Source: Camelus ferus
Lineage: Eukaryota
Length of the DNA stretch: 64,000 nucleotides
Assembly: GCF_009834535.1 (NCBI RefSeq)
Contig: NC_045707.1
Span: 47,990,001 to 48,054,000, forward strand
Direction: 5' to 3'
This document shows, one piece after another, positions 1 to 14,610 of the stretch; the stretch's first letter is position 1; every line of letters begins with the position of its first letter. The notes beneath the pieces are model-generated. The model was not told the DNA's origin and searched no databases. It was given only the letters and a program-made list of their open reading frames with translations. The position numbers were made by a program, and so were the translations under genes.

Positions 1-2789
1 GCTTGACATCATCCTTGTCCTGAATCAGCCATCGCCAAGATCACAGTGGGCCAGAAGGAAAATGAAGAAAAAAAGTAAATAAACCATGGGAGAGCCTTGG
101 GCATTTTTTAAGCATTTCCTTTTCTTAGTTGACATCAAAGGATCGCAGGGGCTGTGAAGGATCCAATGATGAGGTGAAATGATGTGGGTACCGTGTTTTC
201 TCAAAGAGAAACTTTCTGAGCTCGAACTTTTCCTTTGTGAAATGATACTCAGAAATTCGGTTTTAGGTATATACATAAATTGAAAACAAACAAACAAACC
301 TCAGTAAAAACCCAAAAAAGATCTCTTTGACTAAACTATAGCTATAGATGGTTAGATACAGATATAGATTGATATTAGCCATGGGGCTTATGCAAAACCT
401 TGTTTCTTAAACCCAAATTGGAAGATTGCTGAAATAAACCATTTAAGTGTGAGAATAAATTTTGTCTTTTTTTCTTCTACTATGCTGGCTATTATTTCCA
501 ACCATAAACCAGGTCCTATAACTAAGGTAGATTTCAGCAGAATGCCTTAATGTAGTAATAAAAAGGGCCCTGCAATTTAAAAAGCCAAGCCTCTTCTATT
601 TAAAAGTACAAAAGGTTTTATTTCTTTCATCATTAAAAGAATAAAGTACACATGTGGAAATCTGGACTTTCGGGAACTTGAACACTCTGTTTCTCTAGCT
701 GAAGACATAGTAATGAATTCCAAGTTGAAGGAATTATTTTAAGCAGAAGTAGCCACTGTAATAATATTTAATTACTTTCCAGAAAAAAAATGGTTCAGTT
801 GGCTGCAGAATTTGGACAAGAAGTTATAAAATATAGGACTTGAATCTTGTTGCCTTCTGGGACATTTCTGACTGCCGGACATGTTAAAATCTTGGATTCA
901 AAATATATAATTGAAAATGTTTCATCAGAGGATTTCTTCTAATATATAAAATTAAGAAGCCAAATCGATAGCAAAACTATCTGGTTAAAGGATTTAAAAG
1001 ATTATTAGATGACATGTAAGTATGCTGTTGGATGACCTTTGAAATATAGTTAGATGACATGAAAATACTGAAGCCTATAAAATGTAAGGTTTTTTTTTCA
1101 GGCAACATGCATACAAGTATGGAAAGGAAAGGACATCATGTTTGCCTTTTTATCCCAACTCCCTTCCTATACAGACGCTCCCCTCTGACCAGAAAGCCTG
1201 ACAGCTATTACCAGCCACCTACTAACATTTTTAATATCTAGAAAGTAACTGAAACCTGTACAGATTGCTGGTGTGTGGTAAAGTCAGATTTGAAACAGAT
1301 AATCAGGGACGTTAGCATGCCCTAGATATCACAATGCTAATTAAAAAAAAAAGTATGTGCTTTTTACTTTTATATCTCATTTTTTGATATATTCACTCAT
1401 TTTATCCCCACAATTATGTGAAGCAAGAAATATCATTCCCATATTTTAAGTGAAGAAATTGAGACACAGAGTCATGCTATTCTCCAGGCTGGATGATATC
1501 CCCTTTTATAAATTTTCATATCACCTGAATATCTTCTTTACAGCACTTAAAAGAGTCATAATTAAGTAATAATGTTTGTCTCACTGCCTGGACCGTGAAT
1601 TTCCTGAGAGCAGGGAGCTGTCCTCCTTGTTTTATCACTAAACTTCAAGTACCTAACTAAATTCCTGGCACAGAAGGATACTCAAAAAAGATGTGACCAT
1701 TGAATGAATATATGAGTAACATTTCCCCAAGTCCCACAGGAAATAAAGGGCAGAACCAACATTTGAACCTCTGTCTCCTACCTGGAATCCCTTGTTCCTT
1801 TCATTCTATCAGTACAAGGGCAAGAATGTTGTGTCTTCATAACAGCCTTTCAAGCCTCAGAAGCTAGAGCTCTGGATAACTAAATAAAAACCAGACTGCT
1901 GGGGAAGATACAGTTAAACAGAATAATCTTATGCGAAGTAATTGGAGATCTCAAACCATCCTTCCAGAGTTTTTGGCCCCTGGGTTTGGGGCTCGCCATC
2001 CTCTGCATAGGGGAGGTCATCCAAAGCCTTAACAAAAGGATTTTCTTCACTGTCATTTTATGAAGTGACAAATAAATACTTGAATTTTTCTCAAAATGTG
2101 TTCTGAGGATGATCTTGTTCAGAAACATGTTTGTGACTTCTTAAATATGTTTTTCTGAGTCATCCCAAACCAATGGAGAAAGATCCTCTCAGGCTAGGAA
2201 TCTACATTTTTAATGAGTTCCCCAGGTGTTCCCTTGCACACAAACGTTTCAGCCAACAGCTTCAAGGAGAAGCCAAGCTGCCCTCACAGGAATGCGGGAC
2301 TAGCGGCCCAGCTGCCCAATTCATGGAAGGTTAGATTGGCTGAAGATTCCAGCCAGTGCAATTGGAATTCATCCTGGAGAAAGCAGAACTGAAGAGATTG
2401 TCCCACTGCCTTTGCCTTTTTGACAAAGTTAATTCAGTTTGGGGGTCAATCCAGTTTACGTGAATGAACCAGGGAAAAGAAGGCCGACTGCCTTCACAGT
2501 TGTGTCTTCACAGATCTAACTAGCCCCCATTCATCCATCACCTCTTCCTCTCATTCCTGTAGGATTTGCTACTGGTACCCCAGCATCACTTCTGATTGCA
2601 TGTCATCTCTCGTTGCTGTTATTTTAGGTGTATTTCCAGTCACATTGAAACACTATGTCTTTCTTTTCTTTGTCTTCCACAGATGTGATACTAAACATAC
2701 AATATATAGACAAGAAAATCTTGATGATTATTACTCAAATAATGAAGTCTAGTGTCTCAAAGACATATGGTTAAAAGAGGCATATTTAA

Positions 2790-3010
2790 GAATCTGAACT
2801 CTAGATTTACACCAAGGTTCAGATCCCACCCCTCCTCCTTAGAACTCTGTACTCTATACCAGGTTGATCGATGTATTTATTTAGTTTCCTCATCTGTAAA
2901 GATGAGGTCATCATAATATTTAGCTTAGAGGGTTGTCGAGAGGACTAAACAAAATACACTACACAAAGCACACACCTAAAATTTAATGAGTTTAATTCAT
3001 GCTAGATTTT
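2790..3010 (+). mobile_element. MIR SINE, degenerate
   Basis: MIR core-like 'ttagtttcctcatctgtaaagatgagg...agggttgtcgagaggactaaac'; boundaries approximate. Confidence 0.55.
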
Positions 3011-3109
3011 TATTATTTAATTATTGTTAATATTTTAAAATTACTATTCTAAGGAATTTTAAATTATTAAGATATTTAAATTGTTGTTATCATCATATAG
3101 CTTAATGCT

Positions 3110-3298
3110 AGAGAGCACATATTCTAGCTGCCTGAGTGGACTCCCAGTTCTGCTCTGTGACTTGAGCAATTACTCAATTACTCTTTCCTTATTATTCCTA
3201 TCTGAAAACCAGGGATAATAATAGTACCTACTTTATGGCATTGTGAGGGTTACATCAGTATAAGTGTAGCACTTAGAACAGTGTTGCCATATGGTGAT
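3110..3298 (+). mobile_element. MIR SINE, degenerate
   Basis: 'tgtgacttgagcaattactc...tatctgaaaaccagggataataatagtacctac...ttgtgaggg...gcacttagaacagtg' matches the MIR core and 3' part. Confidence 0.65.
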
Positions 3299-3532
3299 AG
3301 TACCACTACTCCTCCTACTCCCACCGCCACCAGCACCGCTAACAGTACTACTACTACCACTCCTACTGCTACCACTACCATCACTACTACAGTTACCACC
3401 ACCACTCCTACTGCTACTACTACCACTACTACCACCATTACTGCTACTACTACCACTACTACCACCATTACTGATACTACTACTACTACTACTACTAACT
3501 TTACTATCACTTCTACTGCTACTACTATTACT
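3299..3532. repeat. Compound (ACT/ACC)n trinucleotide repeat at a MIR tail
   Basis: About 230 bp of actact/accacc/cctact units; explains the overlapping poly-Thr, poly-Val and poly-Leu ORFs. Confidence 0.9.
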
Positions 3533-6500
3533 AAAGTTAATCTTTCAACTGTTCTCAAAACACACCTCAATTCAGCTTGGTCTAGACCAGACCTAACTCT
3601 TAAATGAGAAATATTCTTAAGTGAGTAATGTTTGTTGATCTATCTTTCTCCATGTTCAGTTTCTGGACACCAGTGTGCCAGGCAAGAGCTTTCAGTGCTA
3701 CATCTGAGTGGCTTCTTAAATTCTAAGCGCAGCAGAGGTGGGAGAAGAGCTGAGCCAACAAGTGCATTCACACCAAGCTGGGAGCTGAACCCTCCCTAGA
3801 TTCTAACTCATCTCTTAATCCGCCTGAGTGCTCCCAAGTTGGCCTGTTGGGAGTTACCTTCTGGCTCTGACTTGCTTCCTGAGACATGGCAAATGGAGAG
3901 CATTTCTTGCCAGTCACCCTGACCGTGTGCATTTCGTAGCCTCTATTTTCACTGAATCACAGGACAGGAATGGAATAGGGAGAGGCAGCTCCTTCAGGGG
4001 GAGGGCAGGAGAGGCCCCATCTCAACTAGGAGAGTGTCCTGGGTTGGAATCTCTACTCCAATTATCACCTCTTTAATCTTAGGTGAGTCCCTTCCCCTCT
4101 CTGAGACCCATTTGATTTAGTATATATCTCATGGAATTATTACAAAAGTGTGATAACTTAGCTTCAAACTATTTGAAAACCCATTGCAAGATGTCTGGCC
4201 CTCAATAAACATTAGTTGAATTTGAGTCTAAATCTAAAGCCTTTCATAGCCAGCCTCTAGAAAAAAATTTCCTTTTGATCTTTGGCAGCACCTCCAGAAA
4301 AGGAATATTCTATGTTGCCCACAAACTTGCCCTCATCTGCCAGAGTGGATTTGGATATGTATTTTCAGTTTCATCATGTTTAATTCCTTCCGAAAAAAGA
4401 CTTAACCACCTTTTACTCCTCTTCCTCTACCAACCAGGGATCTTTCTCTTAAATTTCCAGCTTCTTCTAGCAGTGCTATGCACATCTGTATTTTCAGCCA
4501 AGATTTCTACCCTTCCTCATCCTGCCCCCACCCCTCACCAGTCCTCGAATTGTTCCCTTCTTACTTTGGCCCTGTAGGATAACCTCATTCTATTATAAAC
4601 AAACTCCATTATCTAGGCACCATGGGGAATGTGAAAGTGAAATCCACCAGTGCTGGCTACTGCAGCTGTCTAAGCTTTTTTTCACTCTTTTCAATCCCCA
4701 ATCTCATAATTCCCCGTCTTGGCACATAACTACATCTCTCAGTCTGCTGTGCGATATAGGATTATTTCTCTGTAATTTTCCACAAACACATTTTACCTGT
4801 TCCAAAAGAGAAAATCTTACTTTTTTCTTACCTATAGAACTCCCCGAAATCATTATACAATGCTTCTAACTATGAATGTTGCTGTTAAAAAGCTGGTGGT
4901 AGGAAAAAGTTGAAAGTATATCATTAAATCCAGGAAAAGTTCATGTGCAGGTGACAGATGAAATAGAAGCAGTCTCTTGGCATTTGTGGGGCTCCTTGGC
5001 TAGGATTTAGAATAAGAATGGACTTTTCACTCAGATGTAAGCCCATTCATTTTCTTCTTTAGCTCTGGAAATAATGGCTTCCTCTAGCTAGGTAAATAAA
5101 GAAAAACGAGAAGGGATGTTTCAAAGTGTTTGGTTTAATGTCATCAGATGGCATGTGAGAGTCATTATTTAAGACAGAATATAATGTTTAATAATGTATT
5201 AATCCACATCTTAGAGACTTATATGATTTTGCTGTTCCACAAAACTGAAATTACAATCTCTGATAGACTGAGATATTGCCCTTATAGAGTTACTACCAAC
5301 AGTAAGGTTTGGCTTGGCATAAAGCTCTTCATGCATGTCTTATTCTTTTATTTCAACTTTTTTCAAGAAGTAATCTGTCCAGTTCTCTTTTCTCACATGT
5401 AGAGAAACCTGCATTGTTAGTTAATACTTACCGAATGTGGTGTTTTGTGTCCTAAGGAGATGAATCTAATGCATGACGTTCCCTCCACTGTAAATGCTGG
5501 TATGCTATGATGATCTTTAGTGCTGTCGATCCTAAAAGTTATGTCAAGCCTAGATGTGGTATCCAGTATAACTGGTCTCTCTCTACGCTGGGATCCCTGC
5601 TGATACTGCTCCTGGAGCTGTCTTTAAAAATCAAAGGTCATGTCATTGTGTCACTTAAAATCCTGTATTAGCACCAACAGCGTAGAGTACCTGTCCGTCA
5701 GCATTTCACCCATGACCTTTCCTGAGCACCTGCTGGCCTACCTCTACCTTTCCAGTTCCTTCTCCTACCACCCTGTTTTTGAATGTGATGTCCCAGCCCA
5801 AGCAAAGTATTTGTGATTCTGTAAACACACCAAATCCTTCAGTTTCCATGCTTTTTCATCACAGTCCTGGAATGTCCCCCATTGATTATATACCCACCAC
5901 CACCCACCTCCTTCTGAGCAGCACTTGACTGTCCTTCAATTAAAGAATGGCTTCTCTCTTAAAAAGATAAAAATAAAAAAGATGCCTCTTTTCCAAATCC
6001 TTTTTGATTCTTCAGTCCTTGAGTAGATTATGTCCTTCCCTTCCATCTCTCCTTCCTGCTACCCTAGTACCTTAGAGTTTGTGTGCACCTCTGTTACAGC
6101 ACATTACACATTGCCCTGTAATGGTTAGCCTGCCCCACTCCCTGACTTGTCTCTTATAAATTTGAGTCAACGGATTTGCTTATTCATCACTGTCTCCCCA
6201 GTGAAAGACCAATCAGCATTGAGTAGTCACTCAAAAACGATTTGGTGAATTAATGGTCTATATTTTTACCATCAAGGCTGAGAAATCAGGAGCATTTTTT
6301 GCAAAACTGGAACTGGAGCAACCTGAATACAAAACAGCAAATGAAGGAGAGTGAATGCTCCAGGGGCAACAGGCTTCTTCATTGTTGGAGGAGGGCGCTC
6401 AATGAATTACTCATTTTTACTAGGAATTATATTTAAGTTTTATGAATGTTTGAAAACAATAACTCAGATTTTTAGATTCAAATTAATGTTAATATTTAAT

Positions 6501-6789
6501 AAGACTTGAAGAACACTACTTCTAAGGTATCTCAATAAAATTGTTAAAAATTTTTTTAATTTCAAGAACAAAAATATAACCCATAAGAAACCTATCAGCA
6601 TATCATGCACTATATAGGGCTGTGCTGGAAACTGTAACAAAAAGAACTGAAAGCTTAGAACTGACCACAAACAAGAAATAATAAAAAGTCAGAAACAAAT
6701 TATTTAAATGTAGGTAAGCCAGTTGTTTACTAATTATTACTGATTTTAATTAAGTATGGGGCCGTGTGCTTTCATGTATCGGCGATATT

Positions 6790-7030
6790 CTATCGAGGAG
6801 CTTAGATTCTGGAGTCATCTTGCCTGAGTTCAAAATGCAGCCCTGCCACTTTCTTTAGGTTTGAAATCTTAAACAAGGTAATTGACCATCCATGTCTCAA
6901 TTTCCTTATCAGCAAAATGGAGCTAATAATAGTAATTATCTCATAGGGTTAATGTAAGAATTAAATTAGAAAATCTACCTAAACAACTTAGCAATCAATT
7001 TTCAGTAATCATTAGCTGTTACTATAATTT
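6790..7030 (+). mobile_element. MIR SINE
   Basis: 'ttctggagtca...gcctgagttcaaaat...gccactt...tctcaatttccttatcagcaaaatggagctaataatagta...tcatagggtt'. Confidence 0.7.
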
Positions 7031-7384
7031 GCCTAGTTAAAAGAAAAAAGACGAGTTTACTTACAAGAAGATGGAGAATGGTTCAATACCTGACAGCATC
7101 TTATAATACAGTAGAGCTAGGACGTCTGAAGTGTAGATTCTCAGAACCTTTTAAAATTTTAGTCCTTCAAGAAGGGTTGGGAGGAAAGCAATAGAATTCT
7201 TCTAGAATTCCAGAATGACTTCACTAATTGCCCCCATATGGTAGAGGAGGAACCACAGTGAACAGCAGGATAGTGAATGCAGAATGGCAAACTGACCCTA
7301 CATCAGCTTCAGAGTTAGTTATTCCTATTTGGGTGCTTTCCTTCAGCTGTACAGAAGAAGAAGAAAAACAACAACAAAAATGAG

Positions 7385-7725
7385 GGTGGCCACCAGAGGC
7401 GGGGGTGGGTGGAAGGGTGGGCAAAATGGGTGAAGGAAGTCAAAAGGTACAAACTTCCAGTTATAAAATAAATAAGTTCTGGGGATGTAATGTACAGCTT
7501 GTTGACTATAATTACCAGACCTGTATTTTATATTTGAACATTGCTAAGAGAGGAGATTTTAGAAGTTCTCAGTACAAGAAAAAAAAAAATTGTAACTATG
7601 TGTGGTGATGGATGTTAACCAGACATATTGTGGTGATCATTTCAAAATATGTAGAAATATCAAACCATTATATTGTATACCTAAAACTACTATAATGTGT
7701 CTATTATAATTCAATTTTTAAAAAT
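7385..7725 (+). mobile_element. L1M (L1MA-like) 3'UTR fragment
   Basis: 'aaaggtacaaacttccagttataaaataaataagttctggggatgtaatgtacagc...gtaactatgtgtggtgatggatgttaa...cctaaaact' is typical of an L1MA 3' end. Confidence 0.8.
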
Positions 7726-7877
7726 GTAAGATAAGAACTAGAAAGGAAGTGGATTTCTAACATGAACAACCACAAAACATTTGTTTGTTGCAGCTATCAT
7801 ATAAATGGTCAATATTAATAGATTCTAATATTCTTCCCAAATATTAGAAAACTCAAGAGTTTTCCAAAGTGGAAGTT

Positions 7878-8019
7878 CTTCTTCCTTCCTTCCTTCCTTC
7901 CTTCCTTCCTTCCTTCCCTCCTTCCCTCCCTCCCTCCCTCCCTCCTTCCTTCCTTCCTTCCTTCCTTCCTTCCTTCCTTCCTTCCTTCCTTCCTTCCTTC
8001 CTTCCTTCCTTCCTTCCTT
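7878..8019. repeat. (CCTT)n/(CCCT)n tetranucleotide microsatellite
   Basis: Visible tandem array of ~140 bp, pure pyrimidine on the + strand. Confidence 0.95.
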
Positions 8020-10000
8020 TCAGGTACTTGGAGATTTACTATACTTTTTTATCTGTTTTTGCATATGTTTCACAATTTTTTTTAAAGTTGGTGTCAAATG
8101 TAATTAGCACCACAACAGAATTTTATTTTTTATTACAAAAATGTTTCTGCTTCTGGATTTTGCTTGTAGTCATATGGGATAGTTGGAATTTGATTTTCCT
8201 TATGTAAAATCTTCCTTTCTGTGTTTCTGCTTGGTGATAGATCTTTTCATTTTGATGTCACTTTGAAAGCTTGTTCTTCCATTTAGGTCAGTTTTCCTTT
8301 ATCTACTTGGTGCATGTCTCTCTTGCCAATTTTAATTTTGTTGTTGCTGCTACTCTTGAGAAAATGAAACCCCCAAGGTCTCACCATGGGATTTTGGAAC
8401 TCTTCCCCCTAGGAGCTGGTTCTAGAAAGGCCTCACCACTGCAGCAGACCAGTCCTAGAGGTTTTGAAGGCTAGCGATGTGGGACATATTACTTCTCACT
8501 CTGTTTTCTAGAGAACCTTAAGTTAAAGATAGTCTCAGGCTCTCTCCCCACTAAGAACAGGAGGTGATAACAATCAAAGTCATCTCAAATAGTTGATGGC
8601 AGATCCAAAATTAAGGCCCATAGCAAACAGCAAACTGAGAGTCAATGGCAGGGCTCCAGGAGCAAAACCAAAACAATCCAGAAAAAAAAGAGTCTGAGCA
8701 GCAAAAATCAGGGGTGAGTGAGTGGAGAGGGGCAGAAAGTATCAAGTGCACAATGATTCATGATCTTTCCTTTGTACAGTTTTCTCTCAGGTGCGTTTGA
8801 GTTTCTTGATTTCACTAGCTTCCTACCATCGTTAGCTGGAAATCCTCTGAGGTTTACCTAAGGGTTTCTTAGTTCTCTGACAAATTCAAATTAAAATAAA
8901 ACAAAATAACAACCAAAAACAGATCTGCCCCCCCCCCAAATTAATTCAAATTTCCTTGGACAATAGAGTACAACAGAGAATTATCTCTACACACTTGTCT
9001 TTATAGACTGAGAAAAAGAGTAACATTTGAATAAAAACTCAGTGGTAGAATGAGCCATAAATTTATCATCATAGAATTATGTGGGCAAAGAAAAAAACTT
9101 CTTTGCTTTACTGTAATTGATCAACCCTAACCCCACTGGGAGATGAGGAGGCAGACTTTAAATGTACCAAGTAATGGTGTCCCAATACATCTCCGTTTAA
9201 ATAGTAGTCTCTTTTGAATGACTCATTGTATTTCAGGTAATTTATCAGTCTTTTAGATTTTTCTTTCCTCCCTGCTCATCTTCCAGATGTCATCTGTGTA
9301 CAGGCAGGGTGTGGTGGGTGACAGCTCCTAATTTGATAGACCTGGTAGGTGACCTCCAATCTGTAGATTGTCAGAAGTTTCCTGCCATGAAGTTGCTAAT
9401 CTGGTCTAGATTCTGGACTATCATCAGCTGAGATACACCTTGTTCCTCCCAGTTTATAACTTACAATTCACATCTAAATTCTGAATTGGCAGCATGCAGT
9501 CTCATTCTTCCAGTTGCAAGACTCAGCTGCAAGACTCACACACTGTCAGCACTTCTCTCTCACCTCAGCACAGCACTTGGGAACATTTGTAGTCCCTGCA
9601 AACCTGCTTAGGCTTGTCAGGAGGCAGGGGAACATTTTAGGCTCATCTGTTGAGTTTTCTCCCTCTACCAATAAAGCGTTACTACTGCTACGTCATGCTG
9701 GACACAGCTCCATGCCACAAGCTAGGGTCTCAACAAACAAACAAACAAACAAAACCAAAAAAAAAACTTGCTACCAACCTCCCTCAGGGTATCCTGGTGA
9801 AGTAGTCCACCAGTACAGATGCTTTAAGAAAGGCCTTCCACATCAAAATGAATTTTCCATGGTTTCCCTTGGTCAAGATTCTAGCCCAAGAGGGAGAAAT
9901 TGATGCTAAGACTTAGATACAGATAGCAGGTTTCTTTCCTCTCTTTCTATTTTCACTCTCCTTCCATGTATCATTGGTGTAGAAAGAGCAGGTTTTCTCC

Positions 10001-10322
10001 TTTTTTTTTTTTTTTAATTGATGTATAGTTCATTTACAATGTGTCAGTTTCTGGTGTACAGCATGTTTCAGTCATACATATACATACATATATTCCTTTT
10101 CATATTCTTTTTCATTATAGGGTACTACAAGATATTGAATATAGTTCCCTGTGCTATACAGAAGAAATTTATTTTTTATCTATTTTATATATAATAGTTA
10201 GTATTTGCTTATCTTTAACTCCCAATTTATCCCTTCCCAACCCCTTTCCCCCTGGTAACCATAAGTTTGTTTACTATGTCTGTGAGTCTGTTTCTGTTTT
10301 GTAGATAAATTTATTAGTGTCT
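10001..10322 (-). mobile_element. 5'-truncated L1 3' end
   Basis: poly(T) 10001-10015 followed by sequence whose reverse complement resembles the 3'UTRs of the L1s at 29450-29700 and 42960-43250. Confidence 0.8.
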
Positions 10323-11114
10323 TCCTAAGTTTTATCCTTCATTCAATCTCTAGAATGAGTTTCCCCAAGTCATAGTATCCTTCTTCCTAAGAGCACTCAG
10401 CCTCACAGTTCAGTCTAAATGGTAGAAAGGGCATCTTCCCTGTGCTCTAGAAGAAACTCCAAGGTCTTGTAGGCTAGGCCTGCCTTTTCATGTTAATGGT
10501 AGCTAAGAGAGGTTAAAAATAAATCCTTTGTTCATTGCAAAGCCTGTTTTCAAAACTTCTGTCCTGCTAAAGATACTAATTTTTCTACTCTGCATCTTAA
10601 TTAAGGACAGAATATTTACTCCACCTTTTCTTTGAATTCCTGTTAGGAAACAATCCTGATCTTCCTCGAGGCAAATGGATGCCCTTTTCAGAATAAAAAG
10701 GAAAGTTTTGTTATCAGAAAAAGCAAAAGAAAATGCACATCCAGTTTGCTTTTGTAAAATACAGTAATTTTTGTATCATTCTCCGTTACTTCCTCTCCTC
10801 TGTCTTTTCTCTCACCTTTCCTTTTAATTCTTTGAACTATCTGAATCAGAGAGTACCATTTTGTGATGTTTTTTATTTGCTAAATGTATTAAATATATTT
10901 GGATGCATTTGCTCTTTTGATATGTTCTGGAAAAGGATAATATACTAGAGTGATAAAGAGCTCACCTCAAGCACTGAGTCACAGAGGGCTGGATTCAAAT
11001 TCCTGTCCTAACACATTCCCTTGAGCAAATCATTTTGCCTCACCAAGCCCCTATTGCCTCATCTTAAAAATTAAGATAACAATATTTATATGATGATATA
11101 GTTGTGAAGATAGT

Positions 11115-12420
11115 ATCAGGCATCTCAATCTTAACATGTCCAAAATTACACTATTGATTTTCCACCCTAGAAAACTGTTCATCCTCCGATATTTCCTTCT
11201 TCCAAGTGCTCAAGACAAAAATGTTCAGATCATCCTTGGCTCTTCTTTTATTCATATCACATCTGAATCCCCAGAAAATCCTGTTACTGTGCTAAATATG
11301 TGTAGAATCCTTATCATCTTCACTTCTAGCACCTTGGTCCAAGGAAAAATGACCCATCATTTAGTTTAGGTAGAAGTTGTTGCTATATCAGAATATCTCA
11401 GGTGTTTAACACCAGAGATGTTTGACACACTTGATCTGTGAGCAAGCTGTCATCCAAGGAGTGATTCTGGGATCCATCTCCTTTATCCTTATGGCTCTGC
11501 ACCTTCAACATTGGCATTCAAGCTGTAACAGCAAGAGAGCATACGGGGTTAACCATGAGAGGTTTTGTGGGCCAGGCCTGAACGTGGCATCCGTCACTTT
11601 CACTCACATTACATTAGTCAGAACCCAGTTGGATGGTCCTAACCGAACTACAAAGGAAGATGGGAAAAATGAAGAGGAAATGGGTTTGGTAGATAAGTAA
11701 GCGATCTCTGCCACTGTCTTTCTAGACATTAATTACAAACATTTTCTAATGAGTTTTCCTTTTTACCTTTGTGTTTGTACCATGTTTTCTCAACATATCA
11801 ACCTGATGAGTTTTTAAAAACTTAATCATGTCCCTTCTTTGTGCAAAACCTTCCAATGACTTTCCATCTCTCCTGTTAATTCCAAAGTCTTAATCATGAC
11901 CTCAAGGCTTTGTATGATCGACCTCCCACCCACTTCCTTGACTCATTTCTTACCATTCTCCTCCCTTAGTCACTCCACTACAGCCACACTGGCTGCCGTA
12001 CCCTCCCTCCCACGTACAAGGCCCGTCCATATTTTCTCATCCCTCTGCTTAGAACACTCTTCCCCTTAGATACTCTCAGGGCTGCCTCTCTTACTGCCTT
12101 CAGATCTATGTTCGAATGTCATCTTATTAAACAGCCTTTGTTGAATAGCCTTTCTGAGCTGATGCTCTCAACCCCCTTTCTCTCCATTCCGTTTTATATC
12201 ACATTTAACACATTATGTATTTGTTTCTATGCTGATTGTCTCTCTTCCAAGATGAGAATGTCTTTCCTCATGGGCCGAGAAACTTTGTTTCATCCCCAGC
12301 CCCTTGGTACTAAGAACAAGGCACGGAGAAAGGGCTCAACAAATATATACATTTTTTAATTATTGAAAATGTAAATGTATGAATGAGTGGATGAATTGTT
12401 TAGCACATAACCTGGCAAAA
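11115..12420 (+). mobile_element. L2 LINE fragments, with a probable MaLR-like insert at ~11370-11715
   Basis: L2-like 'ggcatctcaatcttaacatgtccaaaa', 'aaaaccttccaatgactttccatctc', 'ctccactacagccacactggc' and 'ctcaacaaatat...gaatgagtggatgaa'; strand and limits approximate. Confidence 0.55.
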
Positions 12421-14116
12421 AGTCATTGATTCAATGCTAGTATTGCTAATACCAAGTGTTTCCCTTAGATGGAGAAGAATGGGGTTTTTTTCTATTTTTT
12501 TCATATTTTGTTTTCATGATTTAAAAAAAAATGCAAATACAAGACTGATTTCTTCCTCGTGCTCTCTCATCATTCTTAACAAGACTCTATTCTTTCAACT
12601 TTTCGTCTTTATACTTCCTCTTCAATATACAAATGTATCCTACACCTATAGAATGAAGTGGGAGTAGGGTTACAGACAGGGAAGAAAGGAGAATAATTTA
12701 TAATGCAACATGCTGCTACAAGGCCAGAAAAATTAGGTGACCACATCTTATGCTAAAAAGGAATTTCTGCTTGATTAAGTAAATTTTTAAATAGTTTATA
12801 TGTATATTCAGGGCCTCAAACAAAAGCAGTGATAATCTCTGACTGAAAATAAGGTGAGAGAAATATGACTCTTCTTTTTTCCTTTACCATATATATATGT
12901 AAAACCTGAAAGCATTTGCAGAATATCTCAGACTTTTCTCAAGCACAGTGTTTCACCTGATACAGCTCATAGACAGGGAAAAAAATCACATTCTGAGACT
13001 AGTCTAATTGGGGGTCAAAGGTAGCTCTAGAGTAGAAATTCTGAAGTGTGAAAAAGATATTAAAATGTGACTTTCAATTAGCTCAGAAATGAGCTCTAAC
13101 ACTCTCTAACTGACTTTGGAAATGATACCTTTTGTTCCTCCAATAATTGAGATGTCAAAGGGTAATTTGAGGCTGCTGAGAAAAATTCATTGTCTGCTTT
13201 TGTTAACTTCTAAGCTAATTACTGGTACATAATGAAAAATTACTAGATATCACTGAATTTTTTACAGGTAAAAACCATTCTTAAAAAAAACTATGATAGT
13301 AAGACTTTTCATATTCATTTTATAACTTTCTTCGAAAATGCCAAAATCTGTTCAAATCAGTAAAGCTTTCTTTGTGTATGGGTAGCTGTGAGGGAGGGTG
13401 AGGAAGACAGCTGAGAAAATTTTTGCAAAGTCCACTATTATATTAGTGAATATTTGCTGCATGGTGGGATGTGAATAACATCGATTTTCAAAACACATAG
13501 AACCTGCTAATTCTAGGGCAAAGTACTTGCAAAGGAAGAGACTATATGTTTGGAAACAATAACCTTCCTAGAGCACCTGTGGACCAGACATTCAATTGCT
13601 CCATCAACTATCCTCAGGCAATGACAGTAGGAACTACTTACTCACTCTTAATTGTCCCTTCCAGTTCCTGCAACTAAATGATGGTCACTCATCAGCTTAG
13701 AGATGAGTTTGGGTCACAACCATGTTGAACTTGCAAAGCAGCGTGTTAAGATGGAGTCAAGGGAGGACAAGAACAGATATGCAAGAGGGTAAAATCATAA
13801 TCACCCACAAGGAATTATGAGCATGAAATGAGTAAAAGTTCCATTCTAGAGAGTTATTGATAAGTTAGGAACAAAAGTCCATAGCCAGGGCTGTGGGCAC
13901 AAGTTGGAAAGCAAACTTTAGTATAAGGGCTGGTTGATTTGGAGCACCTGGAGTCAGCAAACGAATGTAAGTATGTCTAAGATACCTGGAAAGCCTATTG
14001 AAAATCTAAATTCCTAGGCTCTACTTCCAGTGATTTGATTCAGGAAGTCTGGGGTGGGGCCTGGGAATCTGTGTTTGAAACCTGCTTTCCAGGGGATTCT
14101 GATACAAGTGACTCTG

Positions 14117-14610
14117 TTTTTTTTTTTTTCATTTCTCATTTTTATTAGGTAGAATTGTTACAGTTTGCACATATACAATGTATTGAATATAAACACATAT
14201 ACACAATATACTGCACATATTTTTAAAATTTACATATATGTACTGTTCATTGTTTCTAAGAACATTTAGAGCTTTAGCTTTTTAAACTTACATAGTTACC
14301 AAAGGAATAAAGCCAACCACAAAATAAGAATTAATTCAAAAAGATACATACACCCTACTCTTAACAGCAACATTATTTATAATTGCCAAGATACGGAAGC
14401 ATCATAAGTGCACATCAATAGATGAATGGATAAAGAGGATGCAGCCTATATATGTTATGGAATACAACTCACCCATAAGAAAGAAGGATATTTTGCAGCC
14501 CTTCATTCGCTTTTTTTTCCACTTCAAAAACCAGAATTTTATAACTGGCATAAACATTTCCACTGTATAAAAAAGAACAAAATACCTAGAAATAAACTTA
14601 ACCAAAGAGG
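14117..14610 (-). mobile_element. Polyadenylated chimeric retro-insertion containing L1 ORF2 fragments, inside a MER5-like element
   Basis: poly(T) 14117-14129 with TTTATT ~12 nt away; L1 ORF2 pieces at ~14330-14500 and ~14565-14610 on the + strand; GACTCT at 14110-14115 and 14610-14615. Confidence 0.6.

Noticed and set aside
3250..3607. Poly-Thr (mucin-like), poly-Val and poly-Leu ORFs
   Set aside because: Translations of the (ACT/ACC)n repeat; no signal peptide or supported gene structure
7869..8207. 112-aa ORF with LPSF repeats
   Set aside because: Translation of the (CCTT)n microsatellite
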